64,000 nt of DNA from Escherichia coli. GTDB lineage: Bacteria > Pseudomonadota > Gammaproteobacteria > Enterobacterales > Enterobacteriaceae. A program made the position numbers and the translations under genes. The stretch lies in NCBI RefSeq assembly GCF_030384885.1, contig NZ_CP128613.1, one strand, 5' to 3'. Under the pieces are notes generated by a model. That model was given only the letters and a program-made list of their open reading frames with translations, was not told where the DNA came from and did no database searches. This document shows positions 1-12,034 of this stretch, piece by piece. Position 1 is the stretch's first letter. Every line of letters begins with the position of its first letter.

Positions 1-265
1 GTGCCACTTCAGCGCCGCTATCACTGACATTGTTCACGGGTAGCGCCAAATCAACTTCACCTTCAACCAGGCAGAATCCCAGCTGTTGCAAGGCATCCAG
101 CTCAACAGTATTTGATGCAGTAATTTTGGCCTGTACTCGTGACCACGGCGCTAAAGCGTCTGGCGTCAGGAGTGGCGCATCAGGAGTGAGATGCACGATA
201 GCGCTGTTAACGCCAAAGAAGGCATTTTCCCAGGCTAGTGGTTCAATACTGGCGCGGACGGGCAC
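1..265 (-). CDS. wecD: TDP-fucosamine acetyltransferase WecD/RffC, N-terminal part (gene runs off the window start)
   Basis: Reverse-strand translation from GTG at 265 reads [24 protein letters not shown]...; start overlaps the rffH stop; position matches ECA cluster order. Absent from ORF track because there is no in-window stop. Confidence 0.6.
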   Translation of the reverse strand, partial: MPVRASIEPLAWENAFFGVNSAIVHLTPDAPLLTPDALAPWSRVQAKITASNTVELDALQQLGFCLVEGEVDLALPVNNVSDSGAEVA

Positions 266-1124
266 GGAGTAACTCCAGCAGATATTGGCCGTAGCCAGTT
301 TTCGCTAATGAACTGGCAGCACGCTTCACACCTTCGTCATCGAGCCAGCCGTTACGCCAGGCAATCTCTTCCAGGCAGGCAATCTTAAAGCCCTGGCGTT
401 TTTCCACCGTCTGTACAAAGGTACTGGCTTCAATCAGGCTGTCGTGTGTGCCGGTGTCCAGCCAGGCAAATCCGCGCCCGAGCAGTTCAACGGTCAGGTT
501 GCCTGCCTCAAGGTACATCTGGTTGATGGAGGTAATCTCCAGTTCACCACGCTCCGACGGCTTCACCTGCTTTGCGTACTCCACAACTTTACTGTCGTAG
601 AAATAAAGCCCGGTCACCGCCCAGTTTGATTTTGGCTGTTTTGGCTTTTCTTCCAGAGAGATAGCGCGGAAATTGTCGTCAAACTCCACGACGCCAAAGC
701 GTTCTGGATCCATTACCTGATAGCCAAATACCGTCGCCCCTTGCGTGCGCGCCGCAACATGACGCAGCTTCGGACTGAAGCCCTGACCGAAGAAGATGTT
801 ATCGCCCAGCACCAGACAAGATGGCTCACCATTAAGGAAGGTTTCACCGATGATAAATGCCTGCGCAAGACCGTCCGGGCTGGGCTGTTCGGCATATTCC
901 AGCTGGATACCGAACTCACTACCATCACCCAGCAGGCGCTGGAAATAACCTTTATCTTCCGGCGTGGTGATGATGAGAATTTCGCGGATACCGGCCAGCA
1001 TCAGCACCGACAGCGGATAGTAAATCATTGGCTTATCGTAAATCGGCAATAGTTGCTTCGATACGCCGCGCGTAATCGGATGCAATCGGGTGCCGGAACC
1101 GCCCGCCAGGATAATACCTTTCAT
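243..1124 (-). CDS. rffH: glucose-1-phosphate thymidylyltransferase (ECA pathway)
   Basis: 293-aa ORF; N-terminal [18 protein letters not shown] nucleotidyltransferase motif; position in ECA cluster. Confidence 0.9.
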   Translation of the reverse strand: MKGIILAGGSGTRLHPITRGVSKQLLPIYDKPMIYYPLSVLMLAGIREILIITTPEDKGYFQRLLGDGSEFGIQLEYAEQPSPDGLAQAFIIGETFLNGEPSCLVLGDNIFFGQGFSPKLRHVAARTQGATVFGYQVMDPERFGVVEFDDNFRAISLEEKPKQPKSNWAVTGLYFYDSKVVEYAKQVKPSERGELEITSINQMYLEAGNLTVELLGRGFAWLDTGTHDSLIEASTFVQTVEKRQGFKIACLEEIAWRNGWLDDEGVKRAASSLAKTGYGQYLLELLRARPRQY

Positions 1125-1142
1125 GTTTGCCTCCGCTGAGAA

Positions 1143-2210
1143 TTAGCCGTTCAGACCTAAACGCTCACCCTGATAGCTGCCGTCCTGCACCTGCTTCCAC
1201 CAGCTTTCATTAGCCAGATACCACTGCACTGTTTTACGCATTCCACTTTCAAAGGTTTCCTGCGGCAGCCAGCCAAGTTCACGGGCAATTTTCGAAGCAT
1301 CAATGGCATAGCGTAGGTCATGCCCTGGACGGTCAGCGACAAAGGTAATCAGATCGCGATAGTGCGCCACACCGTGCGGTTTATTCGGGGCCAGTTCTTC
1401 CAGCAGCTCGCAGATGGTTTCCACAACCTCGAGATTCTTACGCTCGTTGTGACCACCAATATTATAGGTTTCACCGACTTTCCCGGTGGTTACCACGCAA
1501 TACAGCGCACGGGCATGATCTTCAACATATAACCAGTCACGGATTTGCTGCCCGTTGCCATATACCGGCAGCGGTTTACCCGCCAGCGCGTTGAGAATCA
1601 TCAGCGGGATCAGTTTTTCCGGAAAGTGGTAAGGACCGTAGTTATTAGAGCAGTTGGTGATTAACGTCGGCAGGCCGTAGGTCCGCAGCCAGGCGCGCAC
1701 CAGATGGTCGCTGCTTGCTTTTGAAGCAGAATAAGGGCTGCTCGGCGAATACGGCGTGGTTTCGGTGAAGAAATCATCTGTGGAATGCAGGTCACCGTAT
1801 ACTTCGTCGGTGGAGATATGATGAAAACGGAACGCCGATTTTTTGTCTTCTGCCAGCGCATTCCAGTAAGCCCGCGCCGCTTCAAGCAGTGTATAAGTCC
1901 CGACAATGTTGGTTTCGATAAACGCTGCTGGGCCGTCAATAGAACGGTCAACATGGCTTTCAGCTGCCAGATGCATGACGCAGTCTGGCTGATGTTCTGT
2001 GAAAATGCGCGCCAACTCTGCCCGATCGCAGATATCAACTTTCTCAAAGGCAAAGCGATCGCTTTGCGCGACTGGTGCCAACGACATCAGGTTTCCGGCG
2101 TAGGTCAGCTTATCGACCACCACCACCGCATCGTTCGTCTCGTTGATGATATAACGCACCAGCGCCGAGCCAATAAACCCGGCACCGCCTGTTATCAGAA
2201 TCTTTCTCAT
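1143..2210 (-). CDS. rffG: dTDP-glucose 4,6-dehydratase
   Basis: 355-aa ORF; N-terminal GGAGFIGS Rossmann motif and SDR-type YxxxK; cluster position. Confidence 0.9.
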   Translation of the reverse strand: MRKILITGGAGFIGSALVRYIINETNDAVVVVDKLTYAGNLMSLAPVAQSDRFAFEKVDICDRAELARIFTEHQPDCVMHLAAESHVDRSIDGPAAFIETNIVGTYTLLEAARAYWNALAEDKKSAFRFHHISTDEVYGDLHSTDDFFTETTPYSPSSPYSASKASSDHLVRAWLRTYGLPTLITNCSNNYGPYHFPEKLIPLMILNALAGKPLPVYGNGQQIRDWLYVEDHARALYCVVTTGKVGETYNIGGHNERKNLEVVETICELLEELAPNKPHGVAHYRDLITFVADRPGHDLRYAIDASKIARELGWLPQETFESGMRKTVQWYLANESWWKQVQDGSYQGERLGLNG

Positions 2211-3472
2211 TAGCGCCAGACTCCTTTGGCATCGACGACATACTGCTGATGGACGTTGTCGCCATTGATAACTTTGAACTGACTATGATCGACCAACATC
2301 ACCAGCACATCTGCCGTTGCCAGCGCCTCGTCAAGCTGCGCCAGAGTACAAAGCCCATTCAGTTTGTTCGGCAACTGGTGAATGTTAGGCTCAACAACCA
2401 GCGTTTCGCCGCTGTGCCACTGAGCGATCAATTCAGCGATTTCCATCGCCGGACTTTCGCGCAGGTCATCAATATTCGGTTTAAACGCCAGACCAAAACA
2501 GGCAATTTTCAGCTCACTGGCGCGTTTATCGGTAGCGGCCAGGCAGTCGGCAACCGCCGCTTTGACCTGATCAATCACCCAGAACGGTTTGTGATCGTTT
2601 ACTTCACGCGCGGTACGGATAAGCCGCGCCTGCTGCGGATTCTGTGCCACGATAAACCACGGATCAACAGCGATGCAGTGACCACCCACGCCAGGGCCAG
2701 GTTGAAGAATATTGACGCGAGGGTGACGATTCGCCAGGCGAATCAGTTCCCAGACGTTAATCCCCTGATCGGCGCAAATCAGCGACAGTTCGTTAGCAAA
2801 AGCGATATTCACATCGCGGAAGCTGTTCTCGGTGAGTTTACACATTTCCGCCGTCCGTGAGTTAGTGACGACACACTCACCTTCGAGGAAAATTTTGTAC
2901 AGTTCGCTGGCACGGGCCGAACAAACCGGCGTCATACCACCAATCACGCGATCGTTTTTAATCAGCTCGACCATAACCTGGCCCGGTAACACGCGTTCCG
3001 GGCAGTAAGCAATGTTGACGTCCGCCTGCTCGCCCACCTGCTGTGGGAAAGTCAGGTCCGGACGCATCTCTGCTAACCATTCTGCCATCTTCTCGGTTGA
3101 ACCCACCGGCGAGGTGGACTCAAGGATCACCAGCGCGCCTTTTTTCAGCACTGGCGCAATGGAGCGAGCAGCCGATTCAACGTAAGCCATATCAGGCTCA
3201 TGATCGCCTTTAAACGGCGTGGGTACAGCAATCAGCCAGGCATCCGCTTCAACCGGCGTCGTGCTCGCTCGTAAAAAACCGCCTTCTACGGCAGTTTTTA
3301 CTACGCTCGCCAAATCAGGCTCGACGATATGGATTTCGCCTCGATTGATGGTATCAACCGCGTGTTGGTTGATATCAACACCAATCACCTGTTTTTGCCG
3401 GGAGGCAAACGCTGCCGCCGTTGGCAGTCCAATGTAACCCAGTCCAATGACAGAAATGGTCGCAAAACTCAT
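2210..3472 (-). CDS. wecC: UDP-N-acetyl-D-mannosamine dehydrogenase
   Basis: 420-aa ORF with N-terminal [15 protein letters not shown]-binding motif; overlaps wecB stop (ATGA-type coupling). Confidence 0.9.
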   Translation of the reverse strand: MSFATISVIGLGYIGLPTAAAFASRQKQVIGVDINQHAVDTINRGEIHIVEPDLASVVKTAVEGGFLRASTTPVEADAWLIAVPTPFKGDHEPDMAYVESAARSIAPVLKKGALVILESTSPVGSTEKMAEWLAEMRPDLTFPQQVGEQADVNIAYCPERVLPGQVMVELIKNDRVIGGMTPVCSARASELYKIFLEGECVVTNSRTAEMCKLTENSFRDVNIAFANELSLICADQGINVWELIRLANRHPRVNILQPGPGVGGHCIAVDPWFIVAQNPQQARLIRTAREVNDHKPFWVIDQVKAAVADCLAATDKRASELKIACFGLAFKPNIDDLRESPAMEIAELIAQWHSGETLVVEPNIHQLPNKLNGLCTLAQLDEALATADVLVMLVDHSQFKVINGDNVHQQYVVDAKGVWR

Positions 3473-4599
3473 AGTGATATCCGATTATTTTTTAACGCTT
3501 CCAGAATGCGAGAGCATGCCTGACCATCACCATACGGGTTATGGGCGCGGCTCATGGTTTGATATTCGTTTTCGTCTTTTAAAAGACGCGTCACTTCCTC
3601 GACGATTCGCTGCTTATCCGTGCCGACCAGACGCACCGTACCTGCCGTCACCGCTTCCGGACGCTCGGTGGTATCGCGCATCACCAGCACCGGTTTCCCC
3701 AGCGAAGGCGCTTCCTCCTGAATGCCGCCTGAGTCAGTCAAAATCAGCCAGGCGTGGTTCATCAGCCAGACAAACGGTAAATACTCCTGAGGATCGATCA
3801 GAATGACATTTTTCACGTGCCCCAGAATGCGATTGACCGGCTCTCTGACGTTCGGGTTGAGATGCACCGGATAGACAATCTGGATGTCCTGGTGCGTGGT
3901 GGCGATGTCTGCCAGTGCATGGCAGATTTCTTCAAAGCCACGACCAAAACTCTCACGTCTGTGACCGGTCACCAGAATCATCTTTTTATCGGGGTCGATA
4001 AACGGGTAATTTGCCGCCAGCTCTGAACGCAGCGTGTCGCTGCTCATCACCTGGTCACGCACCCATAACAGTGCATCAATGACTGTATTACCGGTAATGA
4101 AGATTCGGCTGTCAGCAACGTTTTCACGCAGCAAGTTTTGCCGGGACGTTTCGGTTGGAGAGAAGTGATACATCGCCAGATGCCCGGTCAATGTACGATT
4201 TGCCTCTTCCGGCCACGGCGAATAGAGATCGCCCGTGCGCAGACCAGCCTCAACGTGACCAACAGGAATACGCTGATAAAACGCTGCCAGGCTGGTTGCC
4301 AGCGTCGTCGTCGTATCACCGTGAACCAGCACGACGTCTGGTTTGAATTCGGCAAGAATTGGTTTTAGCCCTTCCAGAATCCGACAGGTTATCTCTGTCA
4401 GACCCTGTCCTGGCTGCATTATGTTGAGATCGTAGTCAGGTACAATGGAAAAGAGTTTCAGCACCTGATCGAGCATCTCCCGATGCTGCGCAGTGACGCA
4501 AACTTTAGCCTCAAAAAAAGGATCTTTTGCCAACGCATGCACCAACGGCGCCATCTTGATGGCTTCCGGGCGCGTACCAAATACAGTCAGTACTTTCAC
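3469..4599 (-). CDS. wecB: UDP-N-acetylglucosamine 2-epimerase
   Basis: ORF 3469..4641; recognised protein begins [19 protein letters not shown], so start placed at the in-frame GTG (4599) rather than the upstream ATG. Confidence 0.85.
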   Translation of the reverse strand: MKVLTVFGTRPEAIKMAPLVHALAKDPFFEAKVCVTAQHREMLDQVLKLFSIVPDYDLNIMQPGQGLTEITCRILEGLKPILAEFKPDVVLVHGDTTTTLATSLAAFYQRIPVGHVEAGLRTGDLYSPWPEEANRTLTGHLAMYHFSPTETSRQNLLRENVADSRIFITGNTVIDALLWVRDQVMSSDTLRSELAANYPFIDPDKKMILVTGHRRESFGRGFEEICHALADIATTHQDIQIVYPVHLNPNVREPVNRILGHVKNVILIDPQEYLPFVWLMNHAWLILTDSGGIQEEAPSLGKPVLVMRDTTERPEAVTAGTVRLVGTDKQRIVEEVTRLLKDENEYQTMSRAHNPYGDGQACSRILEALKNNRISL

Positions 4600-4654
4600 A
4601 TCGATTCTCTTCGAATAAGCGGCGAGCGCCTTTGCGCTCACCGCAGCAGTGTTG

Positions 4655-5704
4655 CTATTTCGAGCAACGGCGGGTTAATGCGACACCAGCCCCGATCAGC
4701 CCCCCGACAATGCCCCACATAATCATCAGGAAGGCACGACGTGGGCTATCGCGTTTTACCGGTTCTTCCGGCGTACGCAAATAGCGATAGGTCTGAAAAC
4801 GCGGATCCAGGGTTGGACCAACATTCAGGGTGTTTAACATGGCCCGATTCTGATCATAGTCGAGATCAAAGGCCGGACCGACGGCCTGTAAATTTTCCAG
4901 TCGCGCCTGGAGCATTGGACGCCCAAGCAGGAACATTTCTGAATCAGGTAGTTCCTCGGCAGGTACATCTGTCGCACTGCGCGAAATATTATGCTGCTCA
5001 GCAATTTTCAGCGCCTGTTCAATGCTGTTCATCCGGCGGTCGTAGATGGCTTTCGCCACTTCTTCCTGACGCTTCACCTGAGCTTTCATCTGGATGGTAC
5101 GCGCCGCCCATGCGCCTTTCAGCTCATCATTCAGATGGCTGGCTGCTCGTTGGCTGGCAAACGCAACATACTGACGTAACAGGTTATTAGCGTCAGGCGC
5201 GGTTTCGGCAATCAGCTTAACGCTATCATTGACCGCACGCGTGAAGTCACCGGGAATAAACACGATGTTGTTAATCATTTCATCCAGCAACGCCGCATCG
5301 GCTTTGCTGTTCCCGACCATCCGCTGTTTGTAATAGTCTGTCTGCAACCAGAAATCGCGGCGGGTATCCCACGAGGCCAGTTGCATAACAAACTCTTTAT
5401 AGGCTTCATCCATGACCGATGGTTGGTCGGCAGAAGCCATGTTCGAACGGACGTCCAGGTTACGCAAAAATTGCTGCTGCGAGTAGTATCCTCCCAGCAT
5501 ATTCACTGTTGGACGATCGGTAATCGCCGTCGAGCTCCACTCCTGACGAGCAAAAAAAGTATACGCCAGCGCGATTAACGCAAACGCCAGCCCCATGCCA
5601 ATAATCCACAGCTTCCCAGCCCACAAGGTACGAAACAACCCACGAATATCCAGTTCATTTTCAGCGGCTTCGGCCGGTTTCCCAGGCATTGGTTGTGTCA
5701 TCAC
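4655..5704 (-). CDS. wzzE: ECA polysaccharide chain-length modulation protein
   Basis: 349-aa [38 protein letters not shown]..., two TM segments at ends; cluster position. Confidence 0.85.
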   Translation of the reverse strand: MMTQPMPGKPAEAAENELDIRGLFRTLWAGKLWIIGMGLAFALIALAYTFFARQEWSSTAITDRPTVNMLGGYYSQQQFLRNLDVRSNMASADQPSVMDEAYKEFVMQLASWDTRRDFWLQTDYYKQRMVGNSKADAALLDEMINNIVFIPGDFTRAVNDSVKLIAETAPDANNLLRQYVAFASQRAASHLNDELKGAWAARTIQMKAQVKRQEEVAKAIYDRRMNSIEQALKIAEQHNISRSATDVPAEELPDSEMFLLGRPMLQARLENLQAVGPAFDLDYDQNRAMLNTLNVGPTLDPRFQTYRYLRTPEEPVKRDSPRRAFLMIMWGIVGGLIGAGVALTRRCSK

Positions 5705-5712
5705 ATCCTCAT

Positions 5713-6816
5713 TTATTTGGTTAAATTGGGGCTGCCACCACGATTTCTACGCAGTCTGCGTTTTACGCGCTTAATAAAGCGAGCAACTTTCCAGGCACGC
5801 TTAATGCAATATCCATAGAGGAAGAATGCTAGCAAAAAGAGCACCAGCATGACCCATTCCGGGACAAAATGAGAGTATTCTGCCAGCACGCCAATTGAGG
5901 CGAGCAGTGCTGCGGCAAGGGTAATCAGCACAAACGCCTGGCGGGAATTAAACCCGGCACGCATGATCAAATGGTGAATATGCTGACGGTCAGGAGAGAA
6001 TGGGCTCATGCCTTTACGCAGGCGACGGTACATAATTGCCACCATATCCATTAGCGGAATGGCGATAATCCATAATGCAGTAACCGGGCTTATTGGGTGC
6101 GTTTTTCCCTGAGTCGTTTCGAGCAGGATCCAGATAACGGTAAAACCAATCAGCGTACTGCCCGCATCACCCATAAAGACTTTGTAGCGGCGACCCAGGA
6201 TACCAAGGTTGAGCATGATATAGGGCAGGATGGCGGCGATCATCGCAAAGCACCAGATAGCGAGGCTGGTTTGCCCGTCGAACCACAAAATCATACCGAT
6301 TGCACCGAACGAGACGCAGGACAACCCGCCCAGCAAGCCATCAATGCCATCAACCATGTTGAACGCATTAATGGCCGCCCAGACGGCAAATAGCGTCAGG
6401 AAGTAACCAAACGGTCCGAGCACCATCTCCCAGGAGCCAAAGATATAACCCAGGCTACTGAGATAAAGGTTGCCGAACACCATCATAACAATGCCAACAG
6501 CGGCCTGTATGGTGGCACGGATTTTTACGCTGATATCAAAACGGTCATCCAGCGCACCGATGAACACAAGCACACCGGCACAAGCGAGATAGAGAGATGC
6601 ATGCGGAATATAATAATCGACAATTCCGAACGTGAAGCAAATCCCTGCGTAAACCGAAATACCCCCAACGAGAGGTATCAATCCCTGGTGACGTTTGCGG
6701 AAGTTAGGTTTATCCACTAAACCGACTTTTTTTGCTACCTTTCGGGCAAAAAACAGAAACAGTGTCGTGAATAAAAAAATACTGATGAGATCAGTACTCA
6801 CTGTCAGTAAGTTCAC
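5713..6816 (-). CDS. wecA: UDP-GlcNAc:undecaprenyl-phosphate GlcNAc-1-phosphate transferase
   Basis: 367-aa polytopic membrane ORF MNLLTVSTDLISIFLFTTLF...; sits downstream of rho as in E. coli. Confidence 0.9.
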   Translation of the reverse strand: MNLLTVSTDLISIFLFTTLFLFFARKVAKKVGLVDKPNFRKRHQGLIPLVGGISVYAGICFTFGIVDYYIPHASLYLACAGVLVFIGALDDRFDISVKIRATIQAAVGIVMMVFGNLYLSSLGYIFGSWEMVLGPFGYFLTLFAVWAAINAFNMVDGIDGLLGGLSCVSFGAIGMILWFDGQTSLAIWCFAMIAAILPYIMLNLGILGRRYKVFMGDAGSTLIGFTVIWILLETTQGKTHPISPVTALWIIAIPLMDMVAIMYRRLRKGMSPFSPDRQHIHHLIMRAGFNSRQAFVLITLAAALLASIGVLAEYSHFVPEWVMLVLFLLAFFLYGYCIKRAWKVARFIKRVKRRLRRNRGGSPNLTK

Positions 6817-6999
6817 AATGCATGCTCTCAGAGAAAATTATTAGCAGAAGTATAACCACGAAGACCTTTATTCAGAAGGGAAAGTCTGTTCCGAACCCAC
6901 CAGTCCTGTGCAAAAATTAATCATTCGATATGCAAATTGCATAACACACGAGCAAAACCCAGGAATTTTCCTAACATTGCCAGTGCGGCAATAAGATTA

Positions 7000-7041
7000 C
7001 AGATATAAAAGCAAAACGCCACGTAAACACGTGGCGTTTTT
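7000..7041 (-). terminator. intrinsic terminator downstream of rho
   Basis: 10-bp inverted repeat AACGCCACGT/ACGTGGCGTT (7015-7038) followed on the minus strand by a U-rich tract, 15 bp after the rho stop. Confidence 0.55.
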
Positions 7042-7055
7042 GGCATAAGACAAAT

Positions 7056-8315
7056 TTATGAGCGCTTCATCATTTCGAAGAAATCGTCATTGGTCTTGGT
7101 CATCGCCAGTTTATTAATGAGGAACTCCATGGCATCGATTTCGCCCATCGGGTGAATGATTTTGCGCAGGATCCACATTTTCTGCAGCTCTTCCTGAGTA
7201 GTGAGCAGCTCTTCTTTACGGGTACCGGAACGGTTGTAGTCGATTGCCGGGAAGACGCGTTTTTCAGCGATCTTACGAGAGAGGTGCAGTTCCATGTTGC
7301 CTGTACCTTTAAACTCTTCGTAGATAACTTCGTCCATCTTGGAACCGGTATCGATAAGCGCGGTAGCGATGATGGTCAGGCTGCCGCCCTCTTCCACATT
7401 ACGCGCCGCACCGAAGAAGCGTTTCGGGCGATGCAGGGCGTTGGCATCCACACCACCGGTCAGCACTTTACCTGACGCCGGAACAACGGTGTTGTAAGCA
7501 CGCGCCAAACGAGTGATGGAGTCGAGCAGAATGATAACGTCTTTCTTGTGCTCAACCAGGCGTTTCGCCTTCTCGATCACCATTTCCGCAACCTGAACGT
7601 GGCGAGATGCGGGTTCGTCAAAGGTGGAAGCAACAACTTCACCTTTTACCAGACGCTGCATCTCGGTGACTTCTTCCGGACGTTCGTCAATCAGCAGAAC
7701 CATCAGCACACAATCCGGGTGGTTGTAAGCAATGCTCTGAGCAATGTTCTGCAGCAGCATGGTTTTACCGGCTTTCGGCGGTGCCACAATCAGACCACGC
7801 TGACCACGACCGATAGGTGATGCCAGATCCAGTACGCGAGCGGTTAAATCTTCAGTAGAACCGTTACCACGTTCCATGCGCAGACGAGAGTTTGCGTGCA
7901 GCGGGGTTAAGTTCTCAAAGAGGATTTTGTTGCGGGCGTTTTCAGGTTTGTCGAAGTTAACTTCGTTAACTTTCAGCAGCGCAAAATAGCGTTCACCTTC
8001 TTTCGGCGGGCGAATCTTACCAGAGATGGTATCACCAGTGCGGAGGTTGAAACGGCGGATTTGGCTAGGAGAAACGTAGATGTCATCAGGACCGGCGAGG
8101 TAGGAGCTGTCTGCGGAACGGAGGAAACCAAATCCATCCTGCAATATCTCCAGTACGCCATCACCAAAGATATCTTCGCCACTCTTTGCGTGCTGCTTCA
8201 GGATGGCAAAAATAATGTCCTGCTTACGCATACGAGCCAGGTTTTCCAGCCCCATATTTTCGCCGAGAGTGATCAGCTCAGAAACCGGCGTATTCTTTAA
8301 TTCGGTAAGATTCAT
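7056..8315 (-). CDS. rho: transcription termination factor Rho
   Basis: ORF 7056..8387 contains the Rho sequence from [32 protein letters not shown]...; start set at that ATG (419 aa). Confidence 0.95.
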
Positions 8316-8399
8316 AGTGGTGTGAGTTCTTAAACTTGGGGTAAATCTCGAACTTAATGTTGTGAATGGTATGGCAGGATCATCCATGCCTGTTTACGG

Positions 8400-8501
8400 T
8401 CATCGACTCATGTCTTTTCGCTGCCTGGTCACAGGAGAGTACGCAGAACTGAAACGACAAGACGGATTGAGTGACGAGCCAGAAATCTGTTCACTTCGCA
8501 T
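8400..8501 (-). CDS. rhoL: rho operon leader peptide
   Basis: Reverse-strand 33-codon ORF MRSEQISGSSLNPSCRFSSAYSPVTRQRKDMSR between trxA and rho; too short for the ORF track. Confidence 0.8.
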   Translation of the reverse strand: MRSEQISGSSLNPSCRFSSAYSPVTRQRKDMSR

Positions 8502-8641
8502 TTAAGATAAAACGGGAAGCGTTGGAAATTACAAGATTCAAACTTAATAAGGTATGTTTAATACGAAGTCAACACTAAGTTAGCATGACTCACGCCGGGC
8601 GTCCAGTTTTTAGCGACAGGGCACCCGAACATGAAATTCCC

Positions 8642-8971
8642 TTACGCCAGGTTAGCGTCGAGGAACTCTTTCAACTGACCTTTAGACAGTGCGCCCACTT
8701 TGGTTGCCGCCACTTCACCGTTTTTGAACAGCAGCAGAGTCGGGATACCACGGATGCCATATTTCGGCGCAGTGCCAGGGTTTTGATCGATGTTCAGTTT
8801 TGCAACGGTCAGTTTGCCCTGATATTCGTCAGCGATTTCATCCAGAATCGGGGCGATCATTTTGCACGGACCGCACCACTCTGCCCAGAAATCAACGAGG
8901 ATCGCCCCGTCCGCTTTGAGTACATCCGTGTCAAAACTGTCGTCAGTCAGGTGAATAATTTTATCGCTCAT
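8642..8971 (-). CDS. trxA: thioredoxin 1
   Basis: ORF 8642..9076 contains [18 protein letters not shown]...WCGPCK...; start set at the MSDKII methionine (109 aa). Confidence 0.95.
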
Positions 8972-9101
8972 ATATAACTCCACAGGAATAAGCCTGGCGT
9001 GTTGGTTTCGTTGTTGGTGTAACATTAACCAACTAAAGGTTGACTTTATTTCACCGGATACGCTTTCGTAAAGCAATAGTAAGCTGATATTCTACCACAC
9101 T

Positions 9102-10367
9102 ATGAGCAAAACACATTTAACAGAACAGAAGTTTTCCGACTTCGCCCTGCATCCGAAGGTTGTAGAAGCCCTTGAAAAAAAAGGGTTTCATAACTGTACG
9201 CCCATTCAGGCACTGGCCCTTCCGCTGACGCTGGCGGGTCGTGACGTAGCCGGGCAGGCGCAAACCGGTACCGGGAAAACGATGGCGTTTCTTACGTCAA
9301 CGTTTCATTATCTTCTCTCTCATCCCGCGATTGCCGATCGCAAGGTGAATCAGCCGCGTGCCTTAATTATGGCACCGACGCGTGAACTTGCCGTGCAGAT
9401 CCACGCCGATGCGGAGCCACTGGCGCAAGCTACCGGCCTGAAGCTGGGTCTGGCTTACGGTGGTGATGGCTACGACAAACAGCTGAAAGTGCTGGAAAGC
9501 GGCGTTGACATACTGATTGGCACCACGGGTCGTTTAATTGACTACGCCAAGCAGAACCACATTAACCTCGGTGCCATTCAGGTGGTGGTACTGGACGAAG
9601 CCGATCGCATGTACGATCTGGGCTTTATTAAAGATATACGCTGGCTGTTCCGCCGTATGCCGCCTGCAAACCAGCGCCTCAACATGCTGTTCTCCGCCAC
9701 GCTTTCGTACCGGGTACGCGAACTGGCATTCGAGCAGATGAACAATGCCGAATATATTGAAGTGGAACCGGAACAGAAAACGGGCCACCGTATAAAAGAA
9801 GAGCTTTTCTACCCTTCTAACGAAGAAAAAATGCGTTTGCTGCAAACGCTGATTGAAGAAGAATGGCCAGACCGAGCGATTATTTTCGCCAACACCAAAC
9901 ATCGTTGTGAAGAGATCTGGGGCCACCTGGCGGCAGATGGTCATCGTGTCGGTTTGTTGACAGGCGATGTCGCGCAGAAAAAACGTCTGCGTATCCTTGA
10001 TGAATTTACCCGTGGCGATCTGGATATTCTGGTTGCCACCGACGTTGCTGCGCGTGGTTTGCACATCCCTGCGGTGACGCACGTCTTTAACTACGATTTA
10101 CCCGATGACTGTGAAGATTACGTTCACCGTATTGGTCGTACAGGTCGCGCAGGCGCAAGCGGTCATTCTATCAGCCTGGCCTGTGAAGAGTATGCATTGA
10201 ATTTGCCTGCTATTGAGACCTATATTGGTCACTCAATTCCGGTAAGCAAATACAATCCGGACGCATTGATGACCGATCTGCCAAAACCGCTGCGCCTCAC
10301 ACGCCCGCGTACAGGTAATGGTCCGCGTCGTACTGGTGCTCCGCGTAATCGTCGTCGTTCAGGTTAA
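9102..10367 (+). CDS. rhlB: ATP-dependent RNA helicase RhlB (DEAD-box)
   Basis: 421-aa ORF with GTGKT Walker A, DEAD box and Arg-rich C-terminus; divergent from trxA. Confidence 0.95.
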   Translation: MSKTHLTEQKFSDFALHPKVVEALEKKGFHNCTPIQALALPLTLAGRDVAGQAQTGTGKTMAFLTSTFHYLLSHPAIADRKVNQPRALIMAPTRELAVQIHADAEPLAQATGLKLGLAYGGDGYDKQLKVLESGVDILIGTTGRLIDYAKQNHINLGAIQVVVLDEADRMYDLGFIKDIRWLFRRMPPANQRLNMLFSATLSYRVRELAFEQMNNAEYIEVEPEQKTGHRIKEELFYPSNEEKMRLLQTLIEEEWPDRAIIFANTKHRCEEIWGHLAADGHRVGLLTGDVAQKKRLRILDEFTRGDLDILVATDVAARGLHIPAVTHVFNYDLPDDCEDYVHRIGRTGRAGASGHSISLACEEYALNLPAIETYIGHSIPVSKYNPDALMTDLPKPLRLTRPRTGNGPRRTGAPRNRRRSG

Positions 10368-10502
10368 ATAAAAAATGTCATACTCAAAATCATTCAAACT
10401 GTATCAAGATGGCAAGAGAATTAATCCCAATGAGCTTACTGTAGTAAGTGATTCGGGTGAAAGAACGCAGCCAACGCAGAGACAGATTGAAGGATGAAGA
10501 GT

Positions 10503-11987
10503 ATGGGTTCCACCTCGTCATTATATGCAGCCATTGATCTCGGTTCGAATAGTTTTCATATGCTGGTTGTGCGCGAGGTGGCTGGAAGCATCCAGACGCT
10601 GACGCGAATTAAACGCAAAGTGCGTCTGGCTGCTGGCCTGAACAGCGAAAATGCCCTGTCTAATGAAGCAATGGAGCGCGGTTGGCAATGTTTGCGCCTG
10701 TTTGCTGAACGTCTGCAAGATATCCCTTCCTCGCAAATTCGCGTTGTCGCCACGGCGACATTACGCCTTGCCGTCAATGCCGGTGATTTTATTGCCAAAG
10801 CGCAGGAAATCCTCGGTTGTCCGGTACAAGTGATCAGCGGTGAAGAAGAAGCTCGCCTGATTTATCAGGGTGTTGCTCACACCACTGGCGGTGCCGATCA
10901 GCGCCTGGTGGTGGATATCGGCGGCGCCAGTACTGAACTGGTAACCGGCACGGGCGCACAAACCACCTCGTTGTTCAGCCTGTCGATGGGCTGCGTCACC
11001 TGGCTGGAACGCTATTTTGCCGATCGTAATCTGGGGCAGGAAAATTTTGATGCCGCAGAAAAAGCGGCACGCGAAGTGTTACGTCCGGTTGCCGATGAAT
11101 TGCGGTATCACGGCTGGAAAGTGTGCGTTGGTGCTTCCGGCACCGTGCAGGCCTTACAAGAAATCATGATGGCACAGGGGATGGATGAACGGATTACCCT
11201 GGAAAAGTTGCAGCAACTGAAACAACGCGCCATTCATTGTGGTCGACTGGAGGAACTGGAGATCGACGGACTGACGCTGGAACGTGCGTTAGTGTTCCCG
11301 AGTGGTCTGGCGATCCTGATAGCCATTTTTACCGAACTGAATATTCAGTGTATGACCCTGGCTGGTGGTGCACTGCGTGAAGGGCTGGTCTACGGCATGT
11401 TGCATCTGGTCGTCGAGCAGGATATTCGCAGCCGTACGCTGCGTAATATTCAACGCCGCTTTATGATCGATATTGATCAGGCTCAGCGAGTAGCCAAAGT
11501 TGCGGCTAATTTCTTCGATCAGGTGGAAAACGAATGGCATCTTGAAGCAATAAGCCGTGATTTGCTCATCAGCGCCTGTCAGCTTCATGAAATCGGTCTG
11601 AGCGTTGATTTCAAACAAGCGCCGCAACATGCTGCTTATCTGGTGCGTAATCTGGATCTTCCCGGTTTTACGCCTGCACAGAAAAAATTACTGGCGACGC
11701 TACTACTCAACCAGACGAACCCAATAGATCTCTCCTCGTTGCATCAACAAAATGCCGTACCGCCACGCGTCGCAGAACAACTCTGCCGTTTACTACGCCT
11801 GGCCATCATTTTTGCCAGCCGTCGCCGTGACGATCTCGTGCCAGAGATGACATTAAAGGCCAACCATGAACTGTTGACCTTGACGCTTCCGCAAGGTTGG
11901 CTAACCCAACATCCGCTGGGTAAAGAGATTATTGATCAGGAAAGCCAGTGGCAAAGCTATGTTCACTGGCCGTTGGAAGTACATTAA
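10503..11987 (+). CDS. gppA: guanosine pentaphosphate phosphohydrolase / exopolyphosphatase family
   Basis: ORF 10494..11987; recognised N-terminus [31 protein letters not shown] 9 nt before the second ATG. Confidence 0.9.
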   Translation: MGSTSSLYAAIDLGSNSFHMLVVREVAGSIQTLTRIKRKVRLAAGLNSENALSNEAMERGWQCLRLFAERLQDIPSSQIRVVATATLRLAVNAGDFIAKAQEILGCPVQVISGEEEARLIYQGVAHTTGGADQRLVVDIGGASTELVTGTGAQTTSLFSLSMGCVTWLERYFADRNLGQENFDAAEKAAREVLRPVADELRYHGWKVCVGASGTVQALQEIMMAQGMDERITLEKLQQLKQRAIHCGRLEELEIDGLTLERALVFPSGLAILIAIFTELNIQCMTLAGGALREGLVYGMLHLVVEQDIRSRTLRNIQRRFMIDIDQAQRVAKVAANFFDQVENEWHLEAISRDLLISACQLHEIGLSVDFKQAPQHAAYLVRNLDLPGFTPAQKKLLATLLLNQTNPIDLSSLHQQNAVPPRVAEQLCRLLRLAIIFASRRRDDLVPEMTLKANHELLTLTLPQGWLTQHPLGKEIIDQESQWQSYVHWPLEVH

Positions 11988-11997
11988 AGAATAATAT

Positions 11998-12030
11998 GCC
12001 GGATGCGATGCTCGCGCATCTTACCCGGCC
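11998..12030. repeat. REP-like extragenic palindrome between convergent gppA and rep
   Basis: GCCGGATGCG...GCGCATC..CCGGCC imperfect palindrome resembling the REP consensus, in the 47-bp gap between two stop codons. Confidence 0.45.
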
Positions 12031-12034
12031 TTGA

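Noticed and set aside
30-272. 80-aa plus-strand ORF at the window start
   Set aside because: Overlaps the wecD N-terminus and rffH stop on the opposite strand; no RBS; antisense artefact.
10401-10470. Near-palindrome CTTACTGTAGTAAG in the rhlB-gppA spacer
   Set aside because: Only a 6-bp stem with a 2-nt loop, sterically implausible as a hairpin; no flanking T-run.
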